From: Eledone cirrhosa
Taxonomy: Eukaryota
Direction of reading: 5' to 3'
Assembly: GCA_964016885.1 (NCBI GenBank)
Contig: OZ024744.1
Location: 42,408,001 to 42,472,000 of the forward strand
DNA length: 64,000 nt
Part shown: positions 26,436 to 39,714 of the stretch, piece by piece
Numbering within the stretch: position 1 is the stretch's first letter
Layout: each line of letters opens with the position of its first letter
Notes under the pieces: model-generated
Told to the model about the DNA's origin: nothing
Database searches by the model: none
The model's input: only the letters and a program-made list of their open reading frames with translations
Made by a program: the position numbers and the translations under genes

Positions 26436-26590
26436 AATTGGCAGAGTCATTAAGACGTCAGATAGAATGCTTTATGGTATTTGTCCCACCTCTTTACATG
26501 CTCTGACTTCAAATCCTGCTGTGGTCTACTTTGCCTTTTGCCCTTTCAAGGCCGATAAAAAAAAGTACCAGTCCAGTACTGGGGTCAATT
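26436..26590 (+). mobile_element. tRNA-derived SINE
   Basis: A-box-like tggcagagtcatt, B-box-like gacttcaaatcc, then tttgcctttt...gataaaaaaaagtaccagt; homologous to 35075-35230 and 39715-39895. Confidence 0.75.
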
Positions 26591-26887
26591 ATTCCTCTAT
26601 AGAGAAAAATTGACTGTGTTCAGACCTGGAGAGGGTTGGGCTCTGCCAGGAATAAAAGTGCCCTAGACACTCCGTATGAGGGTGCCTCGAAAACTGAACA
26701 AGGAGTTAAGGGATCTTTATCCTATTATTATACCATTATACTCATGTAAAAGTTAAATTTTTTAGACCATTTGTTAAGGTTAAATTTATGGGGGTTGACT
26801 ATTATTTAGATACTACTTCTTTTGAGGGGCTTGAAATTGAAGCTAGAATCCAAAGTACCATATCAGTAGCAGAAGCCCAACTGATCT

Positions 26888-27310
26888 CGTCATCATCATC
26901 GTTTAACGTCCATTTTCCATGCTAGCATGGGTTAGATGGGAGTTGTCCCACTTGAGGCAAGATTGGTCGGGTGACTGTGTCTTGCTCGTACAGGACTATC
27001 AGAATTTGTTACCGTATTACCTACATGGCCACATTACAGCGTGAACTGTGTTTTATGTTGTGACACCTATACAACCTCATTTATTTTGGACTGGATGTTG
27101 TGGTACCAACATAACTTTATAGAGAAAGGGTGGTGTTGGCGGGAGTGGGAGGATAGAGTGGAGTAGTGGGTTGGGGTGTAAATTTGGTTTGGAGGGGCCT
27201 ACTGACTGTAGTTTAACTTTGCACGTAGGGAAGGCAGGTCTTCTGTAATACTGCGTGGCACCAAAGATCTCGATCCAGTGACATTGTCTCAGAGAGGTGC
27301 AAGGTCGGAC
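26888..27310 (-). mobile_element. RTE-clade 3' end fragment
   Basis: Reverse complement of the 25730-26180 terminus, including the (GAT)n tail. Confidence 0.75.
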
Positions 27311-28139
27311 TTTATCATCTCTCAATGAATAAAAACAAAAACAATAAATTACAGTAATATCAAAACACACGACCTAACAAACAATAAAATCCATAAACAA
27401 GGCCGCGTAGCTCTTATAAATATTTACACTTGTTCTTTTAATTGTATCCATCAAACTTAAAAGACTCAATTTATATCTGATAATTACTGTATATTACCAT
27501 GGGTAATATATCTACTGGCATGCCACTATCTCCCATAATACTGTGCATAAGGCCAATACCGTCTTGGCATGCTTTGCATCACAACACTTTCATTACATTA
27601 TTTTCATATTCGAGGTTAAAGTCACACTCATCACATTTTTATTTATAATTAATTCAGTGTAACTTAATGCTTTAAACACCAAAATTGAAGTAGAAACACA
27701 ACACCACTCTCCACCACTAATTATTGATGATTTTTGTAACAGTGTTATTTCTACATACAGGATGATACATTGACTCACAAATGCTGACCTGTTAAAGCTC
27801 ACTTATATGGCCATTTCATGAATCCTAGAAGATGGCGCATATAATTTAGTTTAATGATTGGTATCAATTATCAATATCAACTGGAATATCAACCTTCAGT
27901 AAATTTCTGGTCTTCGCTCTCTATATATATATCTGCAAACAAACTAGTTACCTGCCCAAGGAAAATGAATGAATGACTCCACATGGTGTCAATATAATGA
28001 CTAACAGAAGAGCAGATATTACAGAATAGATCATAATATGAGCTAAAGATAGCTTCAGACAAGTCTCTTTATGGCAATTGTACAAATTGAAGATTTGAAG
28101 TAGTTATGTACTATAATTAGTAAATTCAATGAATATTAA

Positions 28140-28360
28140 CCGTTAAGCATTTAAATTACGCTATATTTAATAGTGTATTTTCGCAGTAAAGTCTTTACCT
28201 CACATAATTATCTCACATGATATCAAATCTATGAGATTTTGATATTATTTATGTTGAGAACAATAGTTTAACATAAGTATGAGCCGTCGATTATGGCTGG
28301 TTTGAATAGAAAGAGGTAATAGAATTTGGGCTAGATATCGCCAGTTTAAATGCTAAAGGG
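28140..28360. mobile_element. piggyBac-like MITE with TTAA target duplication
   Basis: TTAA-ccgttaagcatttaaa...tttaaatgctaaaggg-TTAA imperfect terminal inverted repeats. Confidence 0.6.
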
Positions 28361-28379
28361 TTAAGCAATGAACTTAGCT

Positions 28380-29735
28380 ATAACTATAGAGGCATCAAGT
28401 TAATGAACCAGGTCATGAAAGTGGCTGAAAGGGTTAGAGCACAGTTAATCACGAACAGAATCAAGTTAGATGAGATGCAGTTCAGATTTATGCCAGGTAG
28501 TGGTACTACTGATGTCCTCATTTTGGTGAGATAACTAGAGGAAAGGTATTTAGCTAAGAATAAGCCACTGTACCTAACATTTGTAGATCTAGAGAAAGCC
28601 TTTGACAGGATCCCATACTCTATAGTTTGGTGGACACTTAGGAAGCTAGGTGTAGACAAATGGCTTATGAGAGTAAGAAATGAATACAGTAATGAATTTG
28701 AAGTACAGGTGGGGAGTCCACCAGGAATTAGTCCTCAGTCCACTCCTATTTATCATTGTACTTCAGGCCATCTTTGAGGAGTTTAAAACTGGCACTCCAT
28801 GGGTGCTCTGTTACACTGATGATCTAATCCTCATAGCCGAGTCCGTAGGAGAGTTAGAAGCAGCAAAATTTCAAGCATAGAAGAACCTAGAGCTGAAAGG
28901 CTTAAAAGTAAATATAGCAAAGACAAAGGTCTTAATAAGTAGGAAAGTAGACAGGAAAGTGGCTGAGCTCGAAATCTCAGAAAGGGGTGGGTAGAAATTC
29001 CATAAGGTGCACACAATGTAAAGTATGAACGCACAAGAGATGTAGTGTGATTGCAGGTAAGTTAATGGAAAAGACAGACTTTATATGTGGCAGATGCACA
29101 GGGGAAGCAAGCACAAAGAACACATGGAAAATAGATTCCCTCAGCTGCCAGGGGAGCTCTCTAGAAGTTGTGGAGAGCTTTTGCTACCTAGGTGATCAAA
29201 TTAGTAGTGGGAGAGGATGTGTTGAAAGTGTGATAGCTAGGATCAGAACAGACTGGAAGAAGTTTAGGGATCTATTATCACAACAAATAAAATGTTTTTC
29301 ACTCAGAGTGAAGGTACACTGTATGATGTCTGTGCGAAAACTGCAATGTTACATGGCAGTAAAACATTGGTCTGCTCCAATGGATGTGCAATGTTAGTGT
29401 GCATGAGTGACATACTATAAGCAAACTGAGGATAGGAGGAAATGGATGTAGTGTGCAAGAGAGAAGACTGCATTGATATGGATATGTCATGTACATGGAA
29501 GATGGTAGCTCAACAAATAAATGCAGAGAAACCCCAGTTGCTGGGACCCATGGATGAGGCAGACCCAGGAAGACATGGGATGAGGACCCCCAGTTGCTGG
29601 GACCCGTGGATGAGGCAGACCCAGGAAGACATGGGATGAGGTTGTAAGGACGACTTTAGAAGGCTAAACCTTACAACAGAAATGCCTAAAGACCGTGAGG
29701 GCTGTTACTATGCAGTGCTGAAGAAGACCCAACCT
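28380..29735 (+). mobile_element. Heavily decayed RTE-clade LINE (PHD-insert family)
   Basis: NYRGIKLM, FVDLEKAFDRI, HQELVLSPLLF, YTDDL, FICGRC, FCYLG; internal ~38-bp duplication near 29530-29637. Confidence 0.8.
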
Positions 29736-30494
29736 GAGAGTTTACAATGTCACCTGATTTGCTTCCTCTTCCACTAACACTCCCTAACAGTTATTCTCAA
29801 TTTCACTAATTCAAAACCCCCTCCACACACATACACACTAAACACACATATTCCTTGTAGTTGCACTTCCCCCATGAAATGGTTGGTTATAGGAAAGGCT
29901 TCCAACCATGGAGAGCTAGCAAACAAAACAAATGATGGACCATGAGGACTCTTCAGTCTTGTCATGAACATGACAACTTTCCTGGTGCTGGTGATCTACA
30001 AGATAAACACATCCAGTAAAGTTGTTGGTGATAGGAAGTGCATCCAGCCCTAGAACACTTGCCAGACAAAGGATCAGGTGGACCTTCTAGTTGTGTCAAG
30101 AACATGACAATCTCCCTAGTGATGGTGATCTACATGATAAATACACTCAGTACACACTGTAAAGTGGTTGGTGATAGGAGGAGTATCCAGTGATAGATAT
30201 ATTGATAAACAAATGGTTGGATGGGCCCTCAGTTATGTCAAAGGCTTGACAACCTCTCCTGAGTACTTGATGGAATGTGAGATGCTACATAAATGAACAG
30301 GTCTATGGCCTGCTTGGAGATCAGTGGCTCTGCTTCAGTACTGACTTGGTCAATATGGAGCCATCCAACATTTGCAAGCAGGGAACGCGGGCGTTAAAAT
30401 GATGATATATATATCGTCATTTTAACGTCCGCTTTCCCTGCTTGCAAATGTTGGACAGGTTCATATATGTGTGTGTATGTGTGTATATATATTC

Positions 30495-31140
30495 TCCGAT
30501 GGATGTGTAATAGTAATGTGCACGAAAGGTGAAGCATAAAAGAACTAAGAGAAAAACTAAGCATAAGAGGTATCAAATGTTGTTTTCTGGAGAGGATATT
30601 GCATTGGTATGGACATGTGATGCATATGAAGGACGACAGCTGTAAAGAAAAGTACAGGGCAATGAAAATTGATGGAAGCTGCGGATTTGGTAGACCAAGA
30701 AAAACTTGGAACGAGGTGATACGAGGTGATACAAAACTGACCTTGATTACCTACACCTCTCTAAGACAATGACACTGGATCGGCACCATGCAGTTGTACA
30801 GAAGACCCGACTGCCACTGCTACAGTCAATAAGCACCTCTTTACTCAATGTACACACCAGCGCCACACCCTACCCCATCCTCCCTCTCCCGTTCCATCCA
30901 CTGTGTTGATGACACAACAGCCCACACTGTAAGGTGGCCATGTAGGAGACATGGTGAAAAGGCTCCCAGTCCACACTGTAAATGTGGTTGGTGTTAGGAA
31001 GGGCATCCAACTGTAAAACCTACCAGAGACACTTCCATGCGAGCGAGACATGGTCTCCCGACCAGTCCCGCATCAAATAGAACAAAACCGTCTAACCCAT
31101 GCTAGCATGGAAGATGGACGTTTAACGATGATGATGATAT
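30495..31140 (+). mobile_element. RTE-clade 3' fragment with (GAT)n tail
   Basis: Colinear with 25480-26180 (LRWMC...WYGHV...GRPRKTW). Confidence 0.8.
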
Positions 31141-31237
31141 ATTATATATATTATATTCAAAGTTATGGATGTCAGGATTGAGATAATATAAAACATGGGC
31201 TCCAAATCCATGCAAGCCTGGAAGATGGACGTTAAAC

Positions 31238-31277
<40 letters not shown>

Positions 31278-31337
31278 GTGTCCTGTCACCCAAAATCAGC
31301 TCATAGAAAATATTCAAAGAATAAATCCTAGCATTTA

Positions 31338-31715
31338 ATCATTACAAAATAGTGAATGACATATATACACATAAATATCCAATAATATAAATGAATAATA
31401 GAACATATCAAACTTTAACAAGAGACAATCTGTATAGAATGTAAGAATACATAGTTCATTACAGTATCATATTAAAATTTAACAAAAGATATATATGATT
31501 TTTATCAGGTATCGAAAATTTAACAAACGATATATGAGTTTTATCAGGTATCTATGTTTTAAACTTTTGTTAAATGTTAATATGATACTGTAAGGAACTA
31601 TGTGTTCTTACATTCTATACAAATTGTCTCTTGTTAAAGTTTGATATGCTCTATTTTACATTTATATCGTTGGATATATATGCATGTATATATGTCATTC
31701 ACAAGTTTATAATGA
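31338..31715. repeat. Imperfect AT-rich fold-back (about 150-bp arms)
   Basis: catatcaaactttaacaagagacaat...aacaaaag pairs with cttttgtt...attgtctcttgttaaagtttgatatg; the spacer holds a ~38-bp tandem duplication. Confidence 0.85.
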
Positions 31716-31811
31716 TATATATGTACATATTTGCACACACACACACACACACATATACATATATATACATATATATATACACACACACACACATATATAT
31801 GTATATATATG

Positions 31812-31870
<59 letters not shown>

Positions 31871-31946
31871 CGAAGGAAATGTGGTAAGGAACCAGGTGAA
31901 CCATAACGCACCAAAGTACTCAATACTTGGGGTAGTAGAGTGGGTA

Positions 31947-32058
31947 ATAGGAACCAGTAAGACCCCGACGGCTGAGCTCAAGCCGTTTCGACGGCTAATT
32001 CCAGAATTAGCCGTCGAAACGGCTTGAGCTCAGCCGTCGGGGTCTTACTGGTTCCTAT
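31947..32058. repeat. Perfect 55-bp-arm palindrome with 2-nt centre
   Basis: ataggaaccagtaagacc...ggctaattc-CA-gaattagcc...ggtcttactggttcctat. Confidence 0.95.
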
Positions 32059-32079
32059 ATATATATATATATATATATA

Positions 32080-33832
32080 CCAAGAACCTGGTAAGAAACG
32101 TTTCTTTGAGGCTTTCCCGTCTAACTACAAACGACCATATTTTCACCGAACATTCCAGATATTACAATGAAGCTCTTGCTCGGAGTGGATTTGTCGATAA
32201 GGTAGCATATACAGAGTACGAGAATAGACCTAGAAAAAATAGATCCCGACGCATTATATGATATAACCCACCATATAATACAGAGGTGGCCACACCATTA
32301 GCTAAGATCTTCCTCTCCCTTATTATGAAGCATTTTCCCCCTACACATAAATATAGTAAAGATTTTAATAGAAATACTATTAAAATTTCTTACTCTACGA
32401 CTCCTAACCTTGCACATAACATCACAGCTTCAAATTTAGCTAAATTACCTAAACTGTAATTGTAGGAATCGGGTTAACTGCCCCCTATCCGGGAAATGCC
32501 TCTCTAGTAACATTGTCTACAAATGTAAGGTTGAAACACCCACGTCCCGTAGGGCCTACATAGGGTTAGCCGCCAATAGATTCAAGCAGCGTCTTTACAT
32601 GCATACCCATTCTTTTCGTTACCCTTTAAGAAGGAATATGACGTCTTTCAGCTTATATCTGGAGTCTAAAAAACAACCACACCCAATATAAGTTACACTG
32701 GGAGATCCTAGCTAAGGCTAGATCGTATAACGGAAATAAAAGACCATGTGACCTCTGCGCCGCTGAGGCCCTGAAAATACTCTACGCCACAGACCACATC
32801 TTAAACAAAAATCTGAGGCAATTTCGGCTTATAAACATAAATTGCGCAAAACATTCCTGTATTACAGCCCCACATTATACCCTAACGGTTAGTACGATCT
32901 ATACGCGGATATTTTACGTCTTGATGTGGTAGCTAAGTATATGTTATGTTTATACCATTCCTTATTTGTATAGGTAAGTATATTTTACCTGTATGTTTTT
33001 TTAAGGTACGTATATTTTCTCGTACGTATATATGATTGTACATGTTATGGCGTATATATTATATATTCTGGTACATAAGCTTTTGGTTATGTGTATACGT
33101 GAGTTTTGCGTTTGTGTGAGTATGCAGGTTCGTACGTATGTAGGGTGTGTGTATATGTGTACTTCGTATTTTGGTTGACGTAGTCTCCGAACATATATGT
33201 ATTTACATGTAGGTATGTATGTGCGCTTGTTATATACGTATTTACTTATTTATATACGTTTATTTAATTGTATGTATACACACACAAATATATATATTTT
33301 TTTTGTTATATATATTTTTATGTGTATTTGGTGTATACATTCGTATATGTGCGGGTACAGGCGTTGCGTGGGTTTTGTATGTGCGTTTGGGCTTTTTTTT
33401 CTTTTTGTGTACGTGCGTGTCTTTGTATACCTATGGCGAGTGTTTTCACGTTTACTTGTGTATGTACGTATATGGATGCGTGTATGTATTTATTTAATTT
33501 CAATTACATCTGTATTTTATTTACTCTCATAACTCTGAAGCTGAGAATCATTCGGTTTTCTAGTTAGAATTTTAGTCTACGACTTCTTTTATACCATAAA
33601 CGTGGTTCTTTGCGTGTAATTGTTTTTCACGTATTATATTCATTTTTTCCCGTTCTTTGCCAGGGAACGTTTCCACGAACCAAAGAATCGTCTTCCTGTC
33701 TTTCTCCGGCTGCAACCATTTTTGAAATATTCACTTCTGCGTTTACAGATGACTTTGTTAGTTTCAGAAGATCCCGTTAAGGGTGAAAGCAGCGTTTCTT
33801 TGCTTAAACTTTAATCTGTTATTTTAATAAAT
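32080..33832 (+). mobile_element. Penelope-like element 3' part, Naiad-like (thumb, CxC linker, GIY-YIG, long trailer), pseudogene
   Basis: YNEALARSG, II*YNPPY, KHFPPTHKYSK.FNRNTIKISYS, CNCRNRVNCPLSGKC, IVYKC...YIG...FKQR, CDLC..E; trailer ends at AATAAA then (TA)n. Confidence 0.85.
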
Positions 33833-33895
33833 ATATATATATATATATTTGTGAAAAAGAACAAAGGAACTATTATGACATTATAACAAGTTTAT

Positions 33896-33942
33896 TGCCG
33901 ACAGCCGTTTCGTCTGACCACATGGTGGGACTTTTCAAGGCA
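33896..33942 (-). ncRNA. Type I hammerhead ribozyme, U3-A8 core variant
   Basis: Sense: tgcc-TTGAAAA-gtc..acca/tggt..gac-GAAA-c-ggct-g-TC-ggca, with AATAAA overlapping the last base. Confidence 0.75.
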
Positions 33943-34063
33943 TATAACATGTGATTGTAAGATCATTATTTACATCAACGTATCACTCAAGGCTAGCAGT
34001 TTGAAATTGTGGTGTACAGACGTGATCATCGCGATTCACATACGACCTAACATACATCTTACT

Positions 34064-34097
<34 letters not shown>

Positions 34098-34150
34098 TCG
34101 CCATGTATATATACACACACACATATGTAAATATATATATATATATATAT

Positions 34151-34236
<86 letters not shown>

Positions 34237-35074
34237 GTGGAATTGATAATGGTTTTGAAATAACTAATTAACCCGCGTGTATTAAATATTTTACTCTTAA
34301 TTTGGCCAGAGATTTACATTCCCAATCGCCTTTTAAAGCGTAACTTTCCGTATTTACTGCGGTTATGAGATGCGGCTTGTTGTTTATTTGGGTATCACTT
34401 CTGTTTTTAGCCTAAGAAAATATCTATATGCGTGTGTAATTAATACACGCATACATTTATTTTTTTAATTTCAATTGAGTTCTTAACACGTTGGATTGAT
34501 AATGTTTTTGAAAAACTAATTAACCCACGTGTACATTATTTTATTTTCTCGTGAATTGTGGTTGTCTCCCTTTCCCGTTTAGTGACGCTATGATACTTCT
34601 TCAGTCAAAATACTGCTGGAATTTCAAATTTGGCGGTCATTCGATGCGCGAAGGAGCAGCTTAGCAGACACGATTTTTAACTGCGGTAAGAATTTTTTCT
34701 TATATCAAAGTTTAATGGGCTTCCACTGAAGATTTATAAGTGCCCACCTAAATATATTCTTACATGAATATATGTTAGGCTTCTACATAAACTGGAAACA
34801 TTCTCCCAATTTGTAGAAAACTTATAATGAAACAATTGTTTGGAAAGAGAGATATATTTTAACTTTAATTATATCTCATAAAATAATACAACTGGCTTTC
34901 CACAAAATACATATAGTTAGCACCCCAAACACTTAAATTGGGTTTATACTAACATATAACCTAATGTTTGTTGAGTGAGATGGTTACCAGTCGGAGTTTA
35001 GCTTTAAGCTATCTCTGTTATTGTATTAAAAATTATATATATATATTTACACATGTGTGTGTGTATATATACAT

Positions 35075-35230
35075 GGCGAATTGGCAGAGTCATTAGAATG
35101 TCAGATATAATGTTTTATGGTATTCGTTCCAGGTCTCTGCTCTCTGAGTTCAAATCATGCTAAGGTCAACTTTGCCTTTCATCCTTTCGTGGTTGATAAA
35201 AAAAAGTACCAGTCCAGTACTGGTGTTGAT
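35075..35230 (+). mobile_element. tRNA-derived SINE
   Basis: ttggcagagtcatt...gagttcaaatc...tttgcctttcatcctttcgtggttgataaaaaaaagtaccagt. Confidence 0.78.
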
Positions 35231-35644
35231 TTTTCCTCTATACTCTCTCTCACTTTCTATCTTTCTCTGGAAGACATCTGCTGGAGAGGAATGGGCCCCA
35301 CACGGCTTTTAATGGCCAAGAAACGCTGTATATCAATACGGTACCACACGACATTCATACATATATATATACATATAACTTAGATACGTGACAAATGGTT
35401 ATCACAAATGGTTTGTTTTTTCTTAATTATTTCTTTTTATTGTGTCTGGCAGACCGTTTTGTTAATAGTTACTATTTTATTCAACCTAGCGAGCTATGGT
35501 CTCTTATAATCTGAATACAGATGTGTATATATCTGTGTTTTTCTCTCTTTATATTGAATTATATTACACGGCACCAAAATCTTTTTCCTTAAGCTAATTT
35601 GAATTGTAAGTGACCTTTATGAGTTTCTAACTCAATATATATTT

Positions 35645-35737
<93 letters not shown>

Positions 35738-35740
<3 letters not shown>

Positions 35741-36331
35741 CTTTATTTACCATAAAGGCATAAAAAGAAGGGACAAATACAAAGGGGGAGTTTACATACA
35801 ATCGAGTAGAAAGGGTATAAAATGAAAATAATCGAGAACAACCTCAAAAGGGAGGGGACGTGATGGGGGTTGCACACACACCCGAAAAAGTGTGCAATCC
35901 TTTGCCCGGGGAGCACATGGAGAAGGTGCTCCCCTCTCCTTCACTTCTTTACCTACAGGATGGTATACAGAGAAGGCCCATTTACACGAGCCATTCTCGC
36001 CACTATCACCCACCTTTCATAAAACTGCCTGTGGCCAAGCACCTCTCTCTCCATTCTTATCCTTCTTCCGAAGTGATATCGGAAGAAGTAGACCAGACTA
36101 TGGCCAGAGAGGAACTTGCCTGACCTCAGACCTTTCAATCGTGTCCACCAAACAACCTCTTTCAACATGGCTATTACGCACAGAAAAACCGCCTTTGCTT
36201 CCTTTGTGAAGAGGGGAGGCGGCTTGATTGTCATCACGGACTCGGCGGTCAATCGAATCGGCGCCACCTGCGACAGCAGTCGTTCGGCGTAACCCCACAG
36301 ATCAGCCACACCCGGACATTGCACCAATGCG
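35738..36331 (-). mobile_element. Tx1-B 5'-truncated copy (ORF2 C-terminus and 3' UTR)
   Basis: ALVQCPGVADLWGY...KEVVWWTRLKG...RMARVNGPSLY; ends AATAAAGAAA; lies between (TA)n and (GATA)n. Confidence 0.88.
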
Positions 36332-36407
<76 letters not shown>

Positions 36408-38700
36408 TGTTTCTTTTATTTGCCACCAGGGCATCAAAAGTGGGACAAGTACAATGGGGGGAGTTTACAAAACAAGGCGTCCTCAATAAGGAGGAGGCAA
36501 TAACAATATATAAAAATAAAATAAAATATAACAAAAAAATAAAATTTATAAAAATGTCCTCAATAGAGAGGAGGTGCCTTGGGGGGTCGCACACACCCCC
36601 GAATAAAGTGTGCAACCCTTCTCCTCAGGAGCACAGAGAAGGGGTGCTCCCTTGGTCTTTCATCTTCCTCACCTATAGTCTGATGTAGAGTGAAGGCCCA
36701 TTCACACGGGCGATTCTCGCCACTTCCACCCATCTTTCATAGAAACGGCTGGGGTGCAGCACCTCTCTCTCCATCCGGATCCTTCTTCCGAAATGATATC
36801 GGAAGAAACGGACCAGTTGTTGGCCAGAGAGAAATGTATCTGACCTCAGTCCTTTCAGACGCGTCCACCATACAACCTCTTTCGCCATGGCTATTACGCA
36901 CAGAAACACCGCCTCTCCTTCGTTTTTGAAGAGGGGAGGCGGCTTGATCGTTACAATAGACTGGGTGGTCAACCGGGTCGGTCCCACCTTTGACAGCAGT
37001 TGTTCGACATAGCCCCACAGATCGGCAATGCCCGAGCAGTGTACCAATGCGTGTGCAACGGTTTCCTCGTCGCACACGTATCTAGGACAGATCTTTTTCG
37101 ATGGGTCCCTACCCGGGCGCCCGTGTCTGTAGAGCCTTTCTCGAACGGGCAGAGCCCTTCTGTAGTATTGCCAGGCCAGGGACCTCTGGAAGTTATCCAT
37201 GGGTCCCGGGCTGAATGTCCTACCGAACAGGTTGGCCAGTTCGTCTTCCTCCATGCCTAGGGCTTCTCCTAGGGCGTCGTCGCACCTGCTAACCACCAGC
37301 CCTCTATAGAATGACGAGGTGGATTCTCCACTGACAGCCGGGTCCGCCTGCCAGACAGCCGTGAGCGCCTGGGCACACTCGGTGTGCCAGGCGCCCAGTT
37401 TTCTCGGTCTTTGCTTGACCCAGGATTGCAGCTCGGTGAGTGAGACGAGTCTGGGAAAGGCTCGCCTCACAAACGGGGCCCACACCGGTTGACCGGAGAG
37501 GAATACCTGAAGGTGCCGTAGCCTTAATGCGTGTTTACATATCATTAGCCACGGCATCCCCAGCTCTCCTTTCGAAGGGTGTTGACAGCAGATGGATCTC
37601 CTCACCATAGGAGCCCGCTTCTTCCAAAGGAATTGGAAGAGTGTGCGCTCCATTTTGGCGAGCGTTTCCCTTGGGCAAGGCACAACGGTCAGGCGGTAGT
37701 AGATGACGGACGCTATATAAGTGTTCGCCACCTCCGCCCGACCTTTCAGGGACAGTTTGCACTCGGCCCACTTCTGGGTCAGTGCAAACACCCTGTTCGT
37801 CACCTCACCCCAGTTCTTCTCCACCTGGAGGTCTGGTCCGAACAAGACCCCGAGCAACTTCACCGGGCCCTCCGTCCAGCGCCCGACGACGCCATCGGAG
37901 GGCATTGATCTGCCCCTCCACGTGCCGAGTTGCAGACCGATCGACTTGTCCCGGTTCAGCTTAGCCCCTGTAAACCTTTCGTACTCCTCCAGTAAGGTGC
38001 CGATCGCCCCGATTTCCGAGGCCGTCGACACCATTACTGTTACGTCATCGGCGTAGGCTGACACCGCTTTCCGCAATCCCGGTTCCAACGGGATGCCCTG
38101 CAACAACTCCAACTTCCGCAGCAGTGGCTCTAGAGTCATTACATACAGAAGGGAGGAGAGAGGGCACCCCTGTCGGATGGACCGCGCGATTTTGAACGGC
38201 TCCGAGAGGTAGCCGTTCACCTTGACCCTAGAGCAGACGCGGCTGCTGTGCATGGCATTGATCCAGCCCCTGAAAATGGGTCCGAAGCCTGCCGCCGCTA
38301 GCACCGCATCCAGGTAACCATGGTCGACCCTATCGAATGCCTTAGATTGATCCAAGTTGATCAGGGCCCCACCAAAGCCGGGTTCGTTCCCAACCCTCTC
38401 TATGATGTATCGCATGAGGTGGAGGTTATCGTGGATGGACCTGGACGGGATAGCACATGTCTGCGCATCTCCCACCAGGTTGCCCACGACAAGCGCCAAC
38501 CTCTTTGCTAGCACCTTGGCCAAAATCTGTAACTCTGTATTTAGCAGAGTTATGGGCCTGAAATTATTTATATCGTTCCCCTTGTTCTCATCCTTCCTCA
38601 CTAGCGTGACTACGCCCTTGGTCACAGCACAGGGAATTCTCCCGTTCTGTTGCCAGTTGCAGTAGACCGCCTCGAGGAGATCAGGGAACAAGTCCGGCAT
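36408..38700 (-). mobile_element. Tx1-B 5'-truncated copy with an uninterrupted 675-aa RT and C-terminal reading frame (36673-38700)
   Basis: NFRPITLLN, LDQSKAFDRV, RQGCPLS, AYADD, ETVAHALVHC; (GATA)n at 36332-36407 and 38703-38780. Confidence 0.92.
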
Positions 38701-38703
38701 AGC

Positions 38704-38781
<78 letters not shown>

Positions 38782-39714
38782 TAGATATATATTTCGTTTC
38801 TGAATTTGTTTAGCAGAATTCTTTATCTGAAAACCACCATGTTCTGTTGTCTAAGGAAAGCAATAACATCTCGACAACTACACTTCATCCCGAGTTTACA
38901 CCAACACCATCAACAACGATGTAAGAAGATTACAATTTACCAAAAAGACAAGCAGATAGGCTAAAACGAACACTAATTCTAAACATAAAAAAGAAGATTT
39001 ACAGAGAATTAAGTCATCAAGAAAAACATAACCGTAACCTAATACAAGAAATAACTAAGATCACCACACCAAAAGAAAAATTAGAATACATAAACATTAT
39101 ACACGAAGAATAAAAGTACATCATCCAAGAAAGCAACAAAGACTTCAGCAAGAAATTAACGTGGCTCAAACAGATGAAACTAAACCAAGAAACTTCAGAA
39201 AATAGAGATAAATATCCAGATAGGACTGATGGTATAAACATGGCCGACATACCATTAACAGACGAATTCAACAACAACAACACAAATATATACGGCAACA
39301 CTACATTGGACCCTGATGAACTATCCGTATTACAGCTACCACCTAAATATGCAACATATAATAAGGTAAATATGATAAGATGCTTGTCAGAAATAGAAAA
39401 ATCATTTAATAAATTACGTTGGACCCTCAAAAACAACAACAAAAACAAAAACAAAAGTATCAACACGAACAACATACCCACACACACACAACACACATCC
39501 CAACAACAACAGACACACAGACACAAACAACGATAACAACAACACACACAACAATAATAACATACACAGAGACAACAACAACAGACACACAGACAACAAC
39601 AATAACAACAACACACATCAACAACAACAACAACACACACACATCCTATGCCTCTCACCACCATTCACAATCTTAACAGACACACAGACACAGAAAACAG
39701 ATAATTGTTTCTAC

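Noticed and set aside
26436-26520. tRNA gene candidate (also 35075 and 39830)
   Set aside because: A and B boxes are present but there is no cloverleaf, and a shared SINE body follows.
26672-26700. tatgagggtgcctcgaaaa, resembling a mariner terminal repeat
   Set aside because: I found no matching second end or transposase.
27803-27932. Minus-strand segment bounded by acceptor-like tttgcag and donor-like gtgagc
   Set aside because: The frames I read contain stops and there is no homology support; such motifs are common by chance.
33764-33800. cagaaga-tccc/gggt-gaaa hammerhead-like relic near the end of the 32080 PLE
   Set aside because: The position is plausible, but the core, stem I and cleavage site are too degenerate to call.
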